Assembly (NCBI GenBank): GCA_027320085.1
Contig: DAHVLZ010000010.1
Span: 53,361-117,360 of the forward strand
Direction: 5' to 3'
DNA from: Pseudomonadota bacterium
GTDB lineage: Bacteria > Pseudomonadota > Gammaproteobacteria > JAKAQQ01
DNA length: 64,000 nucleotides
Shown: positions 42,043 through 51,189 of the stretch, in pieces
How positions within the stretch are numbered: position 1 is the first letter of the stretch
How the letters are laid out: each line of letters begins with the position of its first letter
Notes under the pieces: model-generated
Database searches by the model: none
Told to the model about the DNA's origin: nothing
The model's input: the letters and a program-made list of their open reading frames with translations, nothing else
Program-made: the position numbers and the translations under genes

Positions 42043-42231
42043 CTATAATCGAACGGTCACCCAAGCAACGGCAGTTAGCCTATGCCCAGCATCGCCGGAA
42101 TCAGCAAAGCCACAGTGTGTGACCAAGTGCGAGCGGAACGCTCCAATTCATTCGCAGCGTTAACGGGCTCCAGACTTCGCCCCCAATCCCAGCCGGTCTC
42201 CACGATCCCTTGCGCGTGACAAGTTGCGTTA

Positions 42232-42981
42232 TCACTGCTGGACGAGTGAATAGCTCGTGCTGCGTCCGCCTTCGGAACTCTGAATGAGGACGCCGTGCCC
42301 GACGAGCGCGAGAATGTCCCGGTACGCCGTGTCCTGCGAGCATTTCGCGAGTCTGGCGTATTTGGAACTCGTGAGCTTGCCTTCGAAACCGTCGAGCAGG
42401 CGGTTGATCACCAGCCGCTGACGGTCGTTGAGATGGACGTCCTTGATGCGTTCCCAGAACCGCGCTTTAGCAAGCATGCTGCTCAAAGTTTCCTGAGCCC
42501 CGTCGATGTCCCGGCCCAGACAGCCGAGGAACCATTCCATCCAGGGCGTCACGTCCATTTTTCCTTTCTGCGTCTGTTCCAGGATGTCGTAATACGCATT
42601 CCGCTCCTGCTGGATCTGCGCGGACATGCTGTAGAAGCGCTGGGCGCTATGCTCCGACCGCGCCAGCGCCATGTCGGCGATGGCGCGCGCAATGCGGCCG
42701 TTGCCGTCGTCGAACGGGTGAATCGTGACGAACCACAGGTGAGCGAGGCCGGCTTTCAGGATCGGGTCCTTGCCCCCGAACCAGTCGAGGAAGGATTTCA
42801 TCTCTCCCGGCACGCGTTCCGCCTTCGGCGCTTCGAAATGGACGCGTTCCTTTCCCATGGGGCCTGAGACGACCTGCATCGGCCCCGTCCTGTCGTCGCG
42901 CCAGGCACCTGTACTGATTTTCGTCATGCCGCTGCGCCCCATGGGGAACAGCGCGGCATGCCACGCGAAGAGACGCTCCAC
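42232..42981 (-). pseudogene. Fic-family protein, N-terminally truncated
   Basis: HPFDDGNGR motif and C-terminal wHTH; starts mid-domain with no RBS. Confidence 0.8.
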
Positions 42982-43496
42982 CGTGAGCGACTGGAACCAT
43001 CCTCTTGGTGTTATTTAGGCGCATCCGACTCCGTCGGACCGGGCTCTAGGCTTCGCCCCGAGCCCCATTGCAAGGGTCTCGGTCCATGCGGGTGACGATC
43101 CCTCGCGCGGGTCAAAAAGCAGCCACAGAGGTCTGCCTGCTAGATTTGGCCGACCAGAGTGCGCCAAGAGCCAGTCGGCCCACCGGTATTTATGGCAATA
43201 CGCCAAGCAGAACTGATGCATATTCTTCATACGATCATCGACAATAGCCGCGGAGATTCTGGCCGGCATATGCTGGCGATGGTAGGATGGCGGTCTAGCG
43301 TTGTCTGTGAGCCAGTCCACATCGAACACATCGACAAAGGGATCGGCGCCGCCGCCAAGCTGTTCGTACAACCGAAAAAGGGTGGTTTCAGGATGAAGAC
43401 AACGATATTCAACGACACTGAAGTCAAACGCGATAACATTCTTGTGAAGAATATCTCCTCCCTCAGCGCAATCGCCGTGAATTAGGTGGGGTTCCT

Positions 43497-43650
43497 TTGT
43501 CTAGAATTCCTGATAGCCCGACCAGAAAACAAGTACTTCAGTTCATTGCCAAGTCCGCAAGCTATGGAAACTTAGGGCTGTTTGTCGGAGCCGGCTTTCC
43601 CAAAGCCGTGTTGAATGAAACCCCTGATGATCATATAGCTCTATCCTGGG
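43497..43650 (+). pseudogene. SIR2-like N-terminal fragment
   Basis: LGLFVGAGF...LSW Rossmann start, then homology is lost. Confidence 0.55.
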
Positions 43651-43799
43651 GTGAGCCGCGCCAGCTTGTCGTCAAATTCCTTGATCGCGGCTTCCTTCCG
43701 CTTCAGCAAATCCGCGATGAGGGACTGCTTACGGTCTTCAATCGCCTTTTCGTCTGCAAGGAGCTTTTCGACGTCATTATTACGTGTTTCGTCAGCCAT
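43641..43799 (-). CDS. Small coiled-coil protein (52 aa, possibly truncated)
   Basis: Manual translation MADETRNNDVEKLLADEKAIEDRKQSLIADLL...; purine-rich RBS; follows the AlbA gene. Confidence 0.45.
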   Translation of the reverse strand: MADETRNNDVEKLLADEKAIEDRKQSLIADLLKRKEAAIKEFDDKLARLTPG

Positions 43800-43852
43800 G
43801 ACAGTTCTCTCATTCTGCGGGCAAACCTTCGCGCCTTATCGAGGGACGCCGG

Positions 43853-45058
43853 TTATGCGAACAACCGCAACGTAAAACGCTCGTCTTCCTCGATAAGCTC
43901 AGGCTCCGTGCCGTTATGCGCCCGCATTCCTCCTATGATTTTGCGCGGGATACCCATACCCATGTGCTCTACGTAGCCGTAGTCCCGCATGATATCTTTC
44001 AGTAGCTGATTTCTGGACGCCCTCGTTCCCGCCCGCATTCGTTCAGGTGTAATCCCGTTGGGAAGCCTCCCCGGCGAGATGATTTCCAGCCGGTCGCTAT
44101 ACACGGCCAACTCGATATCCGTGCTAGACAGCAGGTAATCCCGGTGAATCAGCGCGTTCACGATGCCCTCGCGCAAGACCTCCGCAGGGTAGGCGGGGCG
44201 ATCGATCCGCCGGCCATTTTCGATTTCCGCCGTTACACGAGTGTTCCGCCGGACGAACTCCAGGGCCTGCTCCACCAAGCCATTCTCCACGAGCTGTTCC
44301 GCTTCACCGAACAAAGGCGTCATCGCTCCTCGCAGCGGAGTCCGTTCCCGCGCGTCATAGTCTTTTGCCGTTCCTTGAAAGGCTGCGGCGTCGATTCCGG
44401 CTTGCGCAAGAAAACGGTTAGGCGTCTGCCCGAAAAGCAGCATCCCGCCTACCGTGACGCCTTCCTCCGTCATGATTTCGGTATTCACCAGAAGGGTCCG
44501 CCACGCTGCCTCATCTTCACCCGGCGGCACTTCTTGCTGGCGAATGCGGCCAAAGTAGTCGCGGAGACGCCGCAAGTCGAGATCGGCGATTGCCGCTCCC
44601 GAAACCGGCCTCAGCTCCGCGCGGATCGTCCCGCGCTGCTGGAAAAGACGCGCCAGCTCTTCCTGCGTCGCTTCCCGGCTCTGAGTTCCAACCCTGATGT
44701 AATACCTGCTGCCGTTGTTGTGCCACAGGCAGTGCACGTCATAGCCCCGCGTCACACGCACAATCGCTATGTTTTTCCCGGCCTCCACTTCGCGAACGAC
44801 TTCAAAAAACGGAATGATGGCCGGCCTGATTTTGTCCCGGCATGTGGTCATCACCCATTCTTCAAGGCGGTCTCTCGTCAGACCGGCTATGCTCCCGTCA
44901 TCGTCCACCCCGAGAAGCACCATCCCGCCCTGAAAATTCGAGAACGCGACAAGTTCCTTCGCAAGGTCGTGGTTCTGAATCACGTCCTGCTTGAACTCGA
45001 CCCCCGAATTTTCTCCGTTGCTAATGATGCCCAACAGATCTGTGAGCGTCGTTGTCAT
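43853..45058 (-). CDS. Schlafen/AlbA_2 domain + HATPase-like (RecG-C type) protein
   Basis: GENSGVEFK, ELVAFSN..GG.VLLGVDDDG; REGIVNALIHRDY, SPG, RN.L, GMGI. Confidence 0.85.
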   Translation of the reverse strand: MTTTLTDLLGIISNGENSGVEFKQDVIQNHDLAKELVAFSNFQGGMVLLGVDDDGSIAGLTRDRLEEWVMTTCRDKIRPAIIPFFEVVREVEAGKNIAIVRVTRGYDVHCLWHNNGSRYYIRVGTQSREATQEELARLFQQRGTIRAELRPVSGAAIADLDLRRLRDYFGRIRQQEVPPGEDEAAWRTLLVNTEIMTEEGVTVGGMLLFGQTPNRFLAQAGIDAAAFQGTAKDYDARERTPLRGAMTPLFGEAEQLVENGLVEQALEFVRRNTRVTAEIENGRRIDRPAYPAEVLREGIVNALIHRDYLLSSTDIELAVYSDRLEIISPGRLPNGITPERMRAGTRASRNQLLKDIMRDYGYVEHMGMGIPRKIIGGMRAHNGTEPELIEEDERFTLRLFA

Positions 45059-45061
45059 TCT

Positions 45062-47758
45062 TCAAAACCCGTATTTCGAACGCCGCATTTCGAAAGCAGC
45101 CTTGCCGCCTTCGAGAATCTCTTCTACCAACTCCCGGACAGGCCGTGAGTCGATGGACCCCATGTGCTCCGGGACAATCTTGGCACGTCCTTCCTTTCCC
45201 TCTCCCGAGGCGGCGAGGCCCAGAATCAACTCCGCATCGCCGAGGACCGGAATGTTCGCGTTGTGCGTCGAAAAGACGAACTGCCTCCGCCGCTTTTCCC
45301 GCCTCATGATCGGCACTACGCCTTCCGTGATGAAGCGGTTGTCAAGGTCGTCTTCCGGCTGGTCGACGACGAGCGGCGCTTCCGATTCCAGGAGCAAAAG
45401 CAGGAGAACGGCCGTCGCCTTTTGTCCGGTCGATAGGGCTTCCAGAGTCTGCCAGGTTGCTGTTTCTCCATCCGCGGCCGTGTTCAGTTCGATCTTCGTG
45501 GTCGCGGGCAGCTCCAGCTCCTCAATGCGCATGAACAGGTCCAGGTCCGCCTGAGCAATGCGATCCGCAGAGCCTCCCGGCAGCCCGTAATGCTTCATCA
45601 GCGCTTCTCTGCCTTCCCGGCAGCGTTGCGCCAACTCGGGCAGCGAAAGCTGTTCCACCGACCGCAGCCGGTCTAATGCGGCGCTGATGTTGCCGCCGAC
45701 TTCACGCAACAGCTTCTCCAGCGGGTCGCGGTTGCCCGCCATAGTGACTTCCACCCGGACACGGTTTCCCAGCTTGCTCGACACCTTCTTCGCGGCGCTT
45801 TGAAATTCACGATACTCTTTCCCCTTGACGTCCTCCCATTCGGCGAGGAGGTTTCGCCGGTTCGCTTCGTGACTTTCAAGGTCCCGCCGCAAGACCTCTT
45901 TTCTGTCCTTCAGTGGCCGTAGCTCCTCAATCTGTTTCCGCAGACGGATGAACTCGGCTCCGTCGATTTTTGACTTTTGAAGTTCACGCAGCAGCTTTTC
46001 GTACGTTTCCTCGATCACCTTCCGCTTCTCGTCCCAGCGAGATTTGGTTCCGGCCGCAGCACTGTCCGCGTCCGCCAGCGCCTTCGCGAGCTGGTCGGCA
46101 ATCGCCTTAAGTTTCGTGCTCAAGCTCCCCAGAATTTCGCCGAGCTCCGCGAGAACAGCGGCGTTCGGAAGCCCTTCCAAGGCCTTCGGGGAAACAAAGG
46201 CGGCATCGAGCGGAAGCGCCTCCCCCAGTTCACTCTGCAGAGATCGAATCGGGTCCAGCCGCTCCGCAAAAGTCGCGAAGGCCCGCTCCTCCCGGATAAC
46301 GAGGCTCTTTTCCTTCAACCGCTCTTCCAGGCCGGCCTCCTGAAAACGTTTCTGCGTTTCCTCCAGACCCGGAAGCGCCGCGAGCCGCTCATCGAGCGCC
46401 TTCATTTCGCGGCGCACATCCACGATGCGGCCCCGCGAGCGTTCCAGCTCAAGCTTGAGCTTTGACTTTCGTCCCGACAATCTCGGATCTCGGTCCAAAA
46501 AACGCTCCAACAGCAACGTCCGCTTCTCCGGGCTTTTCGCAAGCTCAGATATTTCGTGCTGCCCGAAGACCTCCACGCCTGGCATTACATCCTTTGGCGC
46601 GAGCGTGAGTACTTCCCCGGATTCGCTTTTGATAACCGGTGGATTTGGAATTGAACGTTCTACGGTGTAAGACCGTGCAGATGGTTTATGCGAACGCACC
46701 AGCAGCGAGATTTTGGTTCCGGCCCCCAGAACGTACCGGACAAAACCTTCATGGGCATGGCTCGCTTCTTCTCCCAGCGGCTCCAGTCCCAGCGTGTAGC
46801 GGATGCTCTCGATCATGGTTGATTTGCCCGTGCCACGGCCTCCAACCAAAACGTTCAGGTTGCCGTTGAAGTGCACCGATGTCCCATCTAGGAAGCCGCC
46901 TTCCCAAGTCATCGCCAAAAATTCGGCGTGCGGCTCCGGCGCCGGGTCGCTGTTCAGCCGGATGCGGGACTCCGGGTCAAGAAAGGCCTGCCGCAGTGCC
47001 TCTACCGACACCTGCGACATCTTGATGAAGCAGGAGGCACCGTCCTTCTTCAGGTCTTCCGGATCATTTATATCGCAAGCGTTGATGACAGCTACTGGCC
47101 GCTCCCGGTAATACTCTCCACCCTGATTCTCCAGAATCTGCCGATAGCCTTCCGGGGCACCGCTCACGGGACCGGAAATGGCGCAAACAAGAAGAAACTC
47201 CGATTGCCACACCTTAACGCGCGTCTGTCCAGACAGCTTTTTGAGAAGTCCGCCCTGATCGGCCAATACGTGAGCTGCTATACATGCCGCGCCCCAGTCC
47301 TTTCCGCATTTGAGAAGCTCTTCAGAATCCAGACTCCCCGTCGGCGAGTGTTCTTCCTTATCGTGAATTCCGCATTCACCAATGAACCGTTCCAGCACTG
47401 CATCCTTGTCGGGATCGAACAGACAGAGGAAATGAACGCCATCTTTGGCGACAGCCTCGAAACCGCTGAAGGCAAACAATCCTGCCGCGCGTGCGGCCTG
47501 CACCAGCCCCTTCGATTCATCGACGCGGTAGTGATCTGTAACGCCAATGACTTCAACCCCGAGTTCATGGCACGTCGTGATCATCGCGGAATTGTATTCC
47601 GCTTCCGTCGCAAACGAGGTCTGCTTGCTGTGCCGGTTTAAGTATGCGAACGGGTTGACCTGAAGCGCGCAGCGATAGAACCTAGCCCCACTCGGAAGCT
47701 TTAGAGCCTCGTCTATACGCTCAGACAACATCCCCGAATTTTTTGCCTTGACCTTCAT
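45062..47758 (-). CDS. PHP-domain + ABC/SMC-like ATPase (TrlF/Ppl-like)
   Basis: N-terminal PHP (GVTDH, GVHFLCLF), Walker A GGRGTGKS, coiled coil, LSTGQ signature, DQPEDDLD, STHN. Confidence 0.88.
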   Translation of the reverse strand: MKVKAKNSGMLSERIDEALKLPSGARFYRCALQVNPFAYLNRHSKQTSFATEAEYNSAMITTCHELGVEVIGVTDHYRVDESKGLVQAARAAGLFAFSGFEAVAKDGVHFLCLFDPDKDAVLERFIGECGIHDKEEHSPTGSLDSEELLKCGKDWGAACIAAHVLADQGGLLKKLSGQTRVKVWQSEFLLVCAISGPVSGAPEGYRQILENQGGEYYRERPVAVINACDINDPEDLKKDGASCFIKMSQVSVEALRQAFLDPESRIRLNSDPAPEPHAEFLAMTWEGGFLDGTSVHFNGNLNVLVGGRGTGKSTMIESIRYTLGLEPLGEEASHAHEGFVRYVLGAGTKISLLVRSHKPSARSYTVERSIPNPPVIKSESGEVLTLAPKDVMPGVEVFGQHEISELAKSPEKRTLLLERFLDRDPRLSGRKSKLKLELERSRGRIVDVRREMKALDERLAALPGLEETQKRFQEAGLEERLKEKSLVIREERAFATFAERLDPIRSLQSELGEALPLDAAFVSPKALEGLPNAAVLAELGEILGSLSTKLKAIADQLAKALADADSAAAGTKSRWDEKRKVIEETYEKLLRELQKSKIDGAEFIRLRKQIEELRPLKDRKEVLRRDLESHEANRRNLLAEWEDVKGKEYREFQSAAKKVSSKLGNRVRVEVTMAGNRDPLEKLLREVGGNISAALDRLRSVEQLSLPELAQRCREGREALMKHYGLPGGSADRIAQADLDLFMRIEELELPATTKIELNTAADGETATWQTLEALSTGQKATAVLLLLLLESEAPLVVDQPEDDLDNRFITEGVVPIMRREKRRRQFVFSTHNANIPVLGDAELILGLAASGEGKEGRAKIVPEHMGSIDSRPVRELVEEILEGGKAAFEMRRSKYGF

Positions 47759-50700
47759 TGGCCCGCCTCCGTCAACATCTTCAGCCCTTTGACCCAACCC
47801 ACAAGGTGTTGCTGGGCCTCCTTCGGGTCGGTAATATCCTTCTCCTGGTGCGCCACCCGCGTATTACGGAACTCGTAGATACGCATCACCGTTGCGAGCA
47901 GCTCGCGGCCTCCAGTCACCTTAAACTGCGCCTTCACAGCCTGAAAGACCCCCTCGATTTTCGTATTGTCATTCAGCGCATACTCCAGGCACGAACGCAG
48001 AAGCCCGAGCGGCATGATCCCGTTGTTAAAAACGAGTGTTCGCTTTAAGTTTTGCGCCATCTTCTGATAATGCGTTTCCATCCTGCAATCGACGTCACGG
48101 AGGTACGGGTCGAACCACGTTTTCTGATCCGGAACCTTCGCCGGCATCAAAGGCTCCAGTCGCCGGACGACTAACCCACGAGCTGCTTCATCGAGCGACC
48201 CGAGAAGCGCATTGAACACTGGCGCGTAGTTCATCCCTTCTTTGTTTTCAAAGAAACGAAACAGCATTGTGGCCTGCTCGACCGCCTTGCGGTACCGCGG
48301 CGGCAGTGCCTCAAGAGTCGTTTCATCCACGACGCCTTTCAACTCCGGAGCCTTCTCCGCTTCGGCTACGACGGCTTCTGCAGCCGCTGCGAAGAGTGGC
48401 ATCTGAGCGGAAGTATCCTCGCTCTCGAACAGCGCCTGCAAAGCCGGCTGGCAGGTCCGCGCCAGCTCATCGACCGAATGCCCCGTCAGCCGTTCAAACA
48501 CCCCTTGCGGAACGTATATGTACTCCCACTTACACTTCGGCGAAGAAGCAGCCTCGCACCATGCTAGAGCCGCTCGCGCTTTCCGGGGAACATCCTTATC
48601 TTCCCTGCCTTTCGTCTCAATCAGGTAGTAATGCCCGTCCTTCGCCCGCACAAAGAAGTCCGGCGTATAGAACGACAGCCGCGAACCCGAGGCCAGGTAG
48701 TCTATGCGAAGGCACTGCGGCCCCGCGTTCTTCGCAAAAGCAGCCACATCCGTCCCGCGATCAACAAAATTGGCGACCGCCACTTCTAGCTCGCGGTTGC
48801 AGGGCACCAGATTGAACAGCGTACGGCCCGCCTGTAATACTGGGTGGCGTTCGCTGTGGGTCACCTGGAACGGCCTCCAGCCTGACAACGCTATCGGTGC
48901 TGATTCAGGGACGCGCTTTTCTATGGTCGTTGTGCGGGCGCGTATCAACGGAACAAACACCGCCCGAACATGCTCGCCCACGTCCGAATCCCCCAGCCGG
49001 GAGATGAGCGCTTGATCGTACAAGCTCGTTTTCTGTCCGAACAGAATCTCTTCAAGAAAAGCCTGCACCAGCGGCGCAAGCACCTTGTGAATACTACGCA
49101 GCTTGCAAACCTGCTCAAGCTGCTTCACAAAATAGGAGACCGCGCCGGCACCCGATTCCAGCAGGGGAAGATTGATCTTCAGCCGTTCGACCACCTCATT
49201 CGTGAACAAATGCCGGCCTTCGTATTGAATCTCCGTTTGCCCCTGAGCGCCGCCGAGCGGCAGCGGCTTGTACTTGCGGAATTCGCGGCGCACATCCTCA
49301 ATCTTCAGTCCCTCCAAAGTCGCCTGAATACGGTGACCGCCGCTTAAGCGTGGCACCTCGATCTCAAGCGCCTTCAGGTCCTTATTGGCCTCGTCCGGGT
49401 AAATAGAAACTGTCGTGGCCGGCACGCGGTCGATGTCCACGACTTCAATCGGCAGGCCCTCTTGTGCCAATTCGCTCGCATAGAGGCTCGCGAAGGCCGG
49501 GTGCTCGACCACGGTCACGATCTCGTTCGCCTGGCCGGATGGCGTCATCCGGCGCAGACCGCGGCCGAGCGTCTGTTCTGGCAGGATGTTGGCCTTGGAA
49601 CTGAAGGGGCGCAACGGCACAACAGTCGTGACATTACGCACATCCCAGCCCTCCCGCAGCATCAGCACCGATACAATGCAGTTATAAGGGCTCGTGTTCG
49701 AGTCCAGCTCTCGGCTAAGCCTCCGGAGGGCCTTTAGGTCCTCGTCGCTAATCTCCTTTTCATTCTCAACGAAGACATACCGGGCGCTCGCACCTTTTCC
49801 CTCCTTTTTGAGCTTGCCCTTCAGATTCGTGTGCAGGTTAATCGTGCTCCCGTTCAGGTCTTTGAACAATTCGTCCGTATTGAGCCGCTGCGTAATTTGG
49901 TCGGCTTCGGCCGTGTTGTTACACATGACGAACAACAGCGCCTTCTTGCCGCTTTTCACCCACTCGTTCCGGCTCGACTTCCAGCGTTCATAGCCAAGGA
50001 GCAGATGCCGCTCGAAAATATATGCTGCGTTCTCTCCCGGCTGTTCTTCGAGCTTCTTGTCGGCGCGACCGATAATAGGTGTCTTGACGATGCCTGCATC
50101 CACAGCCTCGCCCAGAGGGGTGTCGCAGACCACATGCTTGAAGACCTGCCCTTTATTGTCCTTCGGAGTCGCGCTGAAATCGAGCTGCGCAGCAAGCCCA
50201 TTCCCCCCGCGCTGACGATTCGTTTCATGTATGAAGCCTATCGCCTCGTTCCAGGCCGAGTCCGGGTCCCATACGTGGTGAGCCTCATCGTTTATGATCA
50301 TCACGCGCGAATGCTTGGTGATCCGGTCGCGCAGTGCGGCCGCCGTGTCAAGCGCAGTGGACTTCGACACGGGAGGTCCCATCCAGCTATATGTCTCGGC
50401 CTGCCCCTTCGCTCTTTTCCCCGGCTCATACAGACGATGAATGTTCGTCAGGTAAAGTACCCCGCCGCTCGCCGCACCCGAGGCTTCATCCTGCAGCACC
50501 ACGGAGAGATTCCAGTCGCCGCGCCACTCTGGCGGGATTAGTAGGTCGCTATCGAATATATCCGGGCGGCCGTTCCCCGGCCGAAAGTCGTCCTTCAGTC
50601 GCTCGTACACCGTCAGGCCCGGCGCGATGAGTACGAAATGCCGTGCCATATCGGAATCCGACTCCCGCAACGCATGGAAGTAGCTCCACACAATCGCCAG

Positions 50701-51189
50701 GCTCATCACCTTGGTTTTTCCCGCGCCTGTAGCCAGCTTGAAGGCGTACCGGCTCCAGGCATCCTCTTGCTCCGTTATCCCAAGCGCGGCGATCTCCGCA
50801 TCCCGTCCCCCAAACTCTGCAAAGACCTGTGAGAGACACTCCAACTTACGCACTTCCTTCAGGTAGATAAGCGTTTCGACCGCCTCGCGCTGGCAGAAGT
50901 AGTACTGGAATTCAAAATCCTCGCCCGCAGTTGTCGTCCGCCGATGGCTACGGTTAAACCAGTAGTCTAGTAGATGACGCGTCGTGTCGCTCCCGCCGGC
51001 GTAGAAGCCTTCCCGCCACTCCCGGACTGCTCCCCGTATGTTCTGCGCGATCACAATCGGAGAAGGCCGCCGACCTTTCACGATTTTGGCCGGCTCCCCT
51101 TCCTTTTCCGCACGGACGCGGTGCGAATCGGGCTCCTCCCAAGGAGCGAACAGCGGCTCCAGCGCCGAAGGGTTAATGAAATCCGGCAT
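47755..51189 (-). CDS. res: Type III restriction Res subunit with C-terminal extension
   Basis: ATGAGKT, DEAHH, SAT, LREGWD, QTLGRGLR, PDF...IETKG nuclease motif. Confidence 0.9.
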   Translation of the reverse strand: MPDFINPSALEPLFAPWEEPDSHRVRAEKEGEPAKIVKGRRPSPIVIAQNIRGAVREWREGFYAGGSDTTRHLLDYWFNRSHRRTTTAGEDFEFQYYFCQREAVETLIYLKEVRKLECLSQVFAEFGGRDAEIAALGITEQEDAWSRYAFKLATGAGKTKVMSLAIVWSYFHALRESDSDMARHFVLIAPGLTVYERLKDDFRPGNGRPDIFDSDLLIPPEWRGDWNLSVVLQDEASGAASGGVLYLTNIHRLYEPGKRAKGQAETYSWMGPPVSKSTALDTAAALRDRITKHSRVMIINDEAHHVWDPDSAWNEAIGFIHETNRQRGGNGLAAQLDFSATPKDNKGQVFKHVVCDTPLGEAVDAGIVKTPIIGRADKKLEEQPGENAAYIFERHLLLGYERWKSSRNEWVKSGKKALLFVMCNNTAEADQITQRLNTDELFKDLNGSTINLHTNLKGKLKKEGKGASARYVFVENEKEISDEDLKALRRLSRELDSNTSPYNCIVSVLMLREGWDVRNVTTVVPLRPFSSKANILPEQTLGRGLRRMTPSGQANEIVTVVEHPAFASLYASELAQEGLPIEVVDIDRVPATTVSIYPDEANKDLKALEIEVPRLSGGHRIQATLEGLKIEDVRREFRKYKPLPLGGAQGQTEIQYEGRHLFTNEVVERLKINLPLLESGAGAVSYFVKQLEQVCKLRSIHKVLAPLVQAFLEEILFGQKTSLYDQALISRLGDSDVGEHVRAVFVPLIRARTTTIEKRVPESAPIALSGWRPFQVTHSERHPVLQAGRTLFNLVPCNRELEVAVANFVDRGTDVAAFAKNAGPQCLRIDYLASGSRLSFYTPDFFVRAKDGHYYLIETKGREDKDVPRKARAALAWCEAASSPKCKWEYIYVPQGVFERLTGHSVDELARTCQPALQALFESEDTSAQMPLFAAAAEAVVAEAEKAPELKGVVDETTLEALPPRYRKAVEQATMLFRFFENKEGMNYAPVFNALLGSLDEAARGLVVRRLEPLMPAKVPDQKTWFDPYLRDVDCRMETHYQKMAQNLKRTLVFNNGIMPLGLLRSCLEYALNDNTKIEGVFQAVKAQFKVTGGRELLATVMRIYEFRNTRVAHQEKDITDPKEAQQHLVGWVKGLKMLTEAGQ

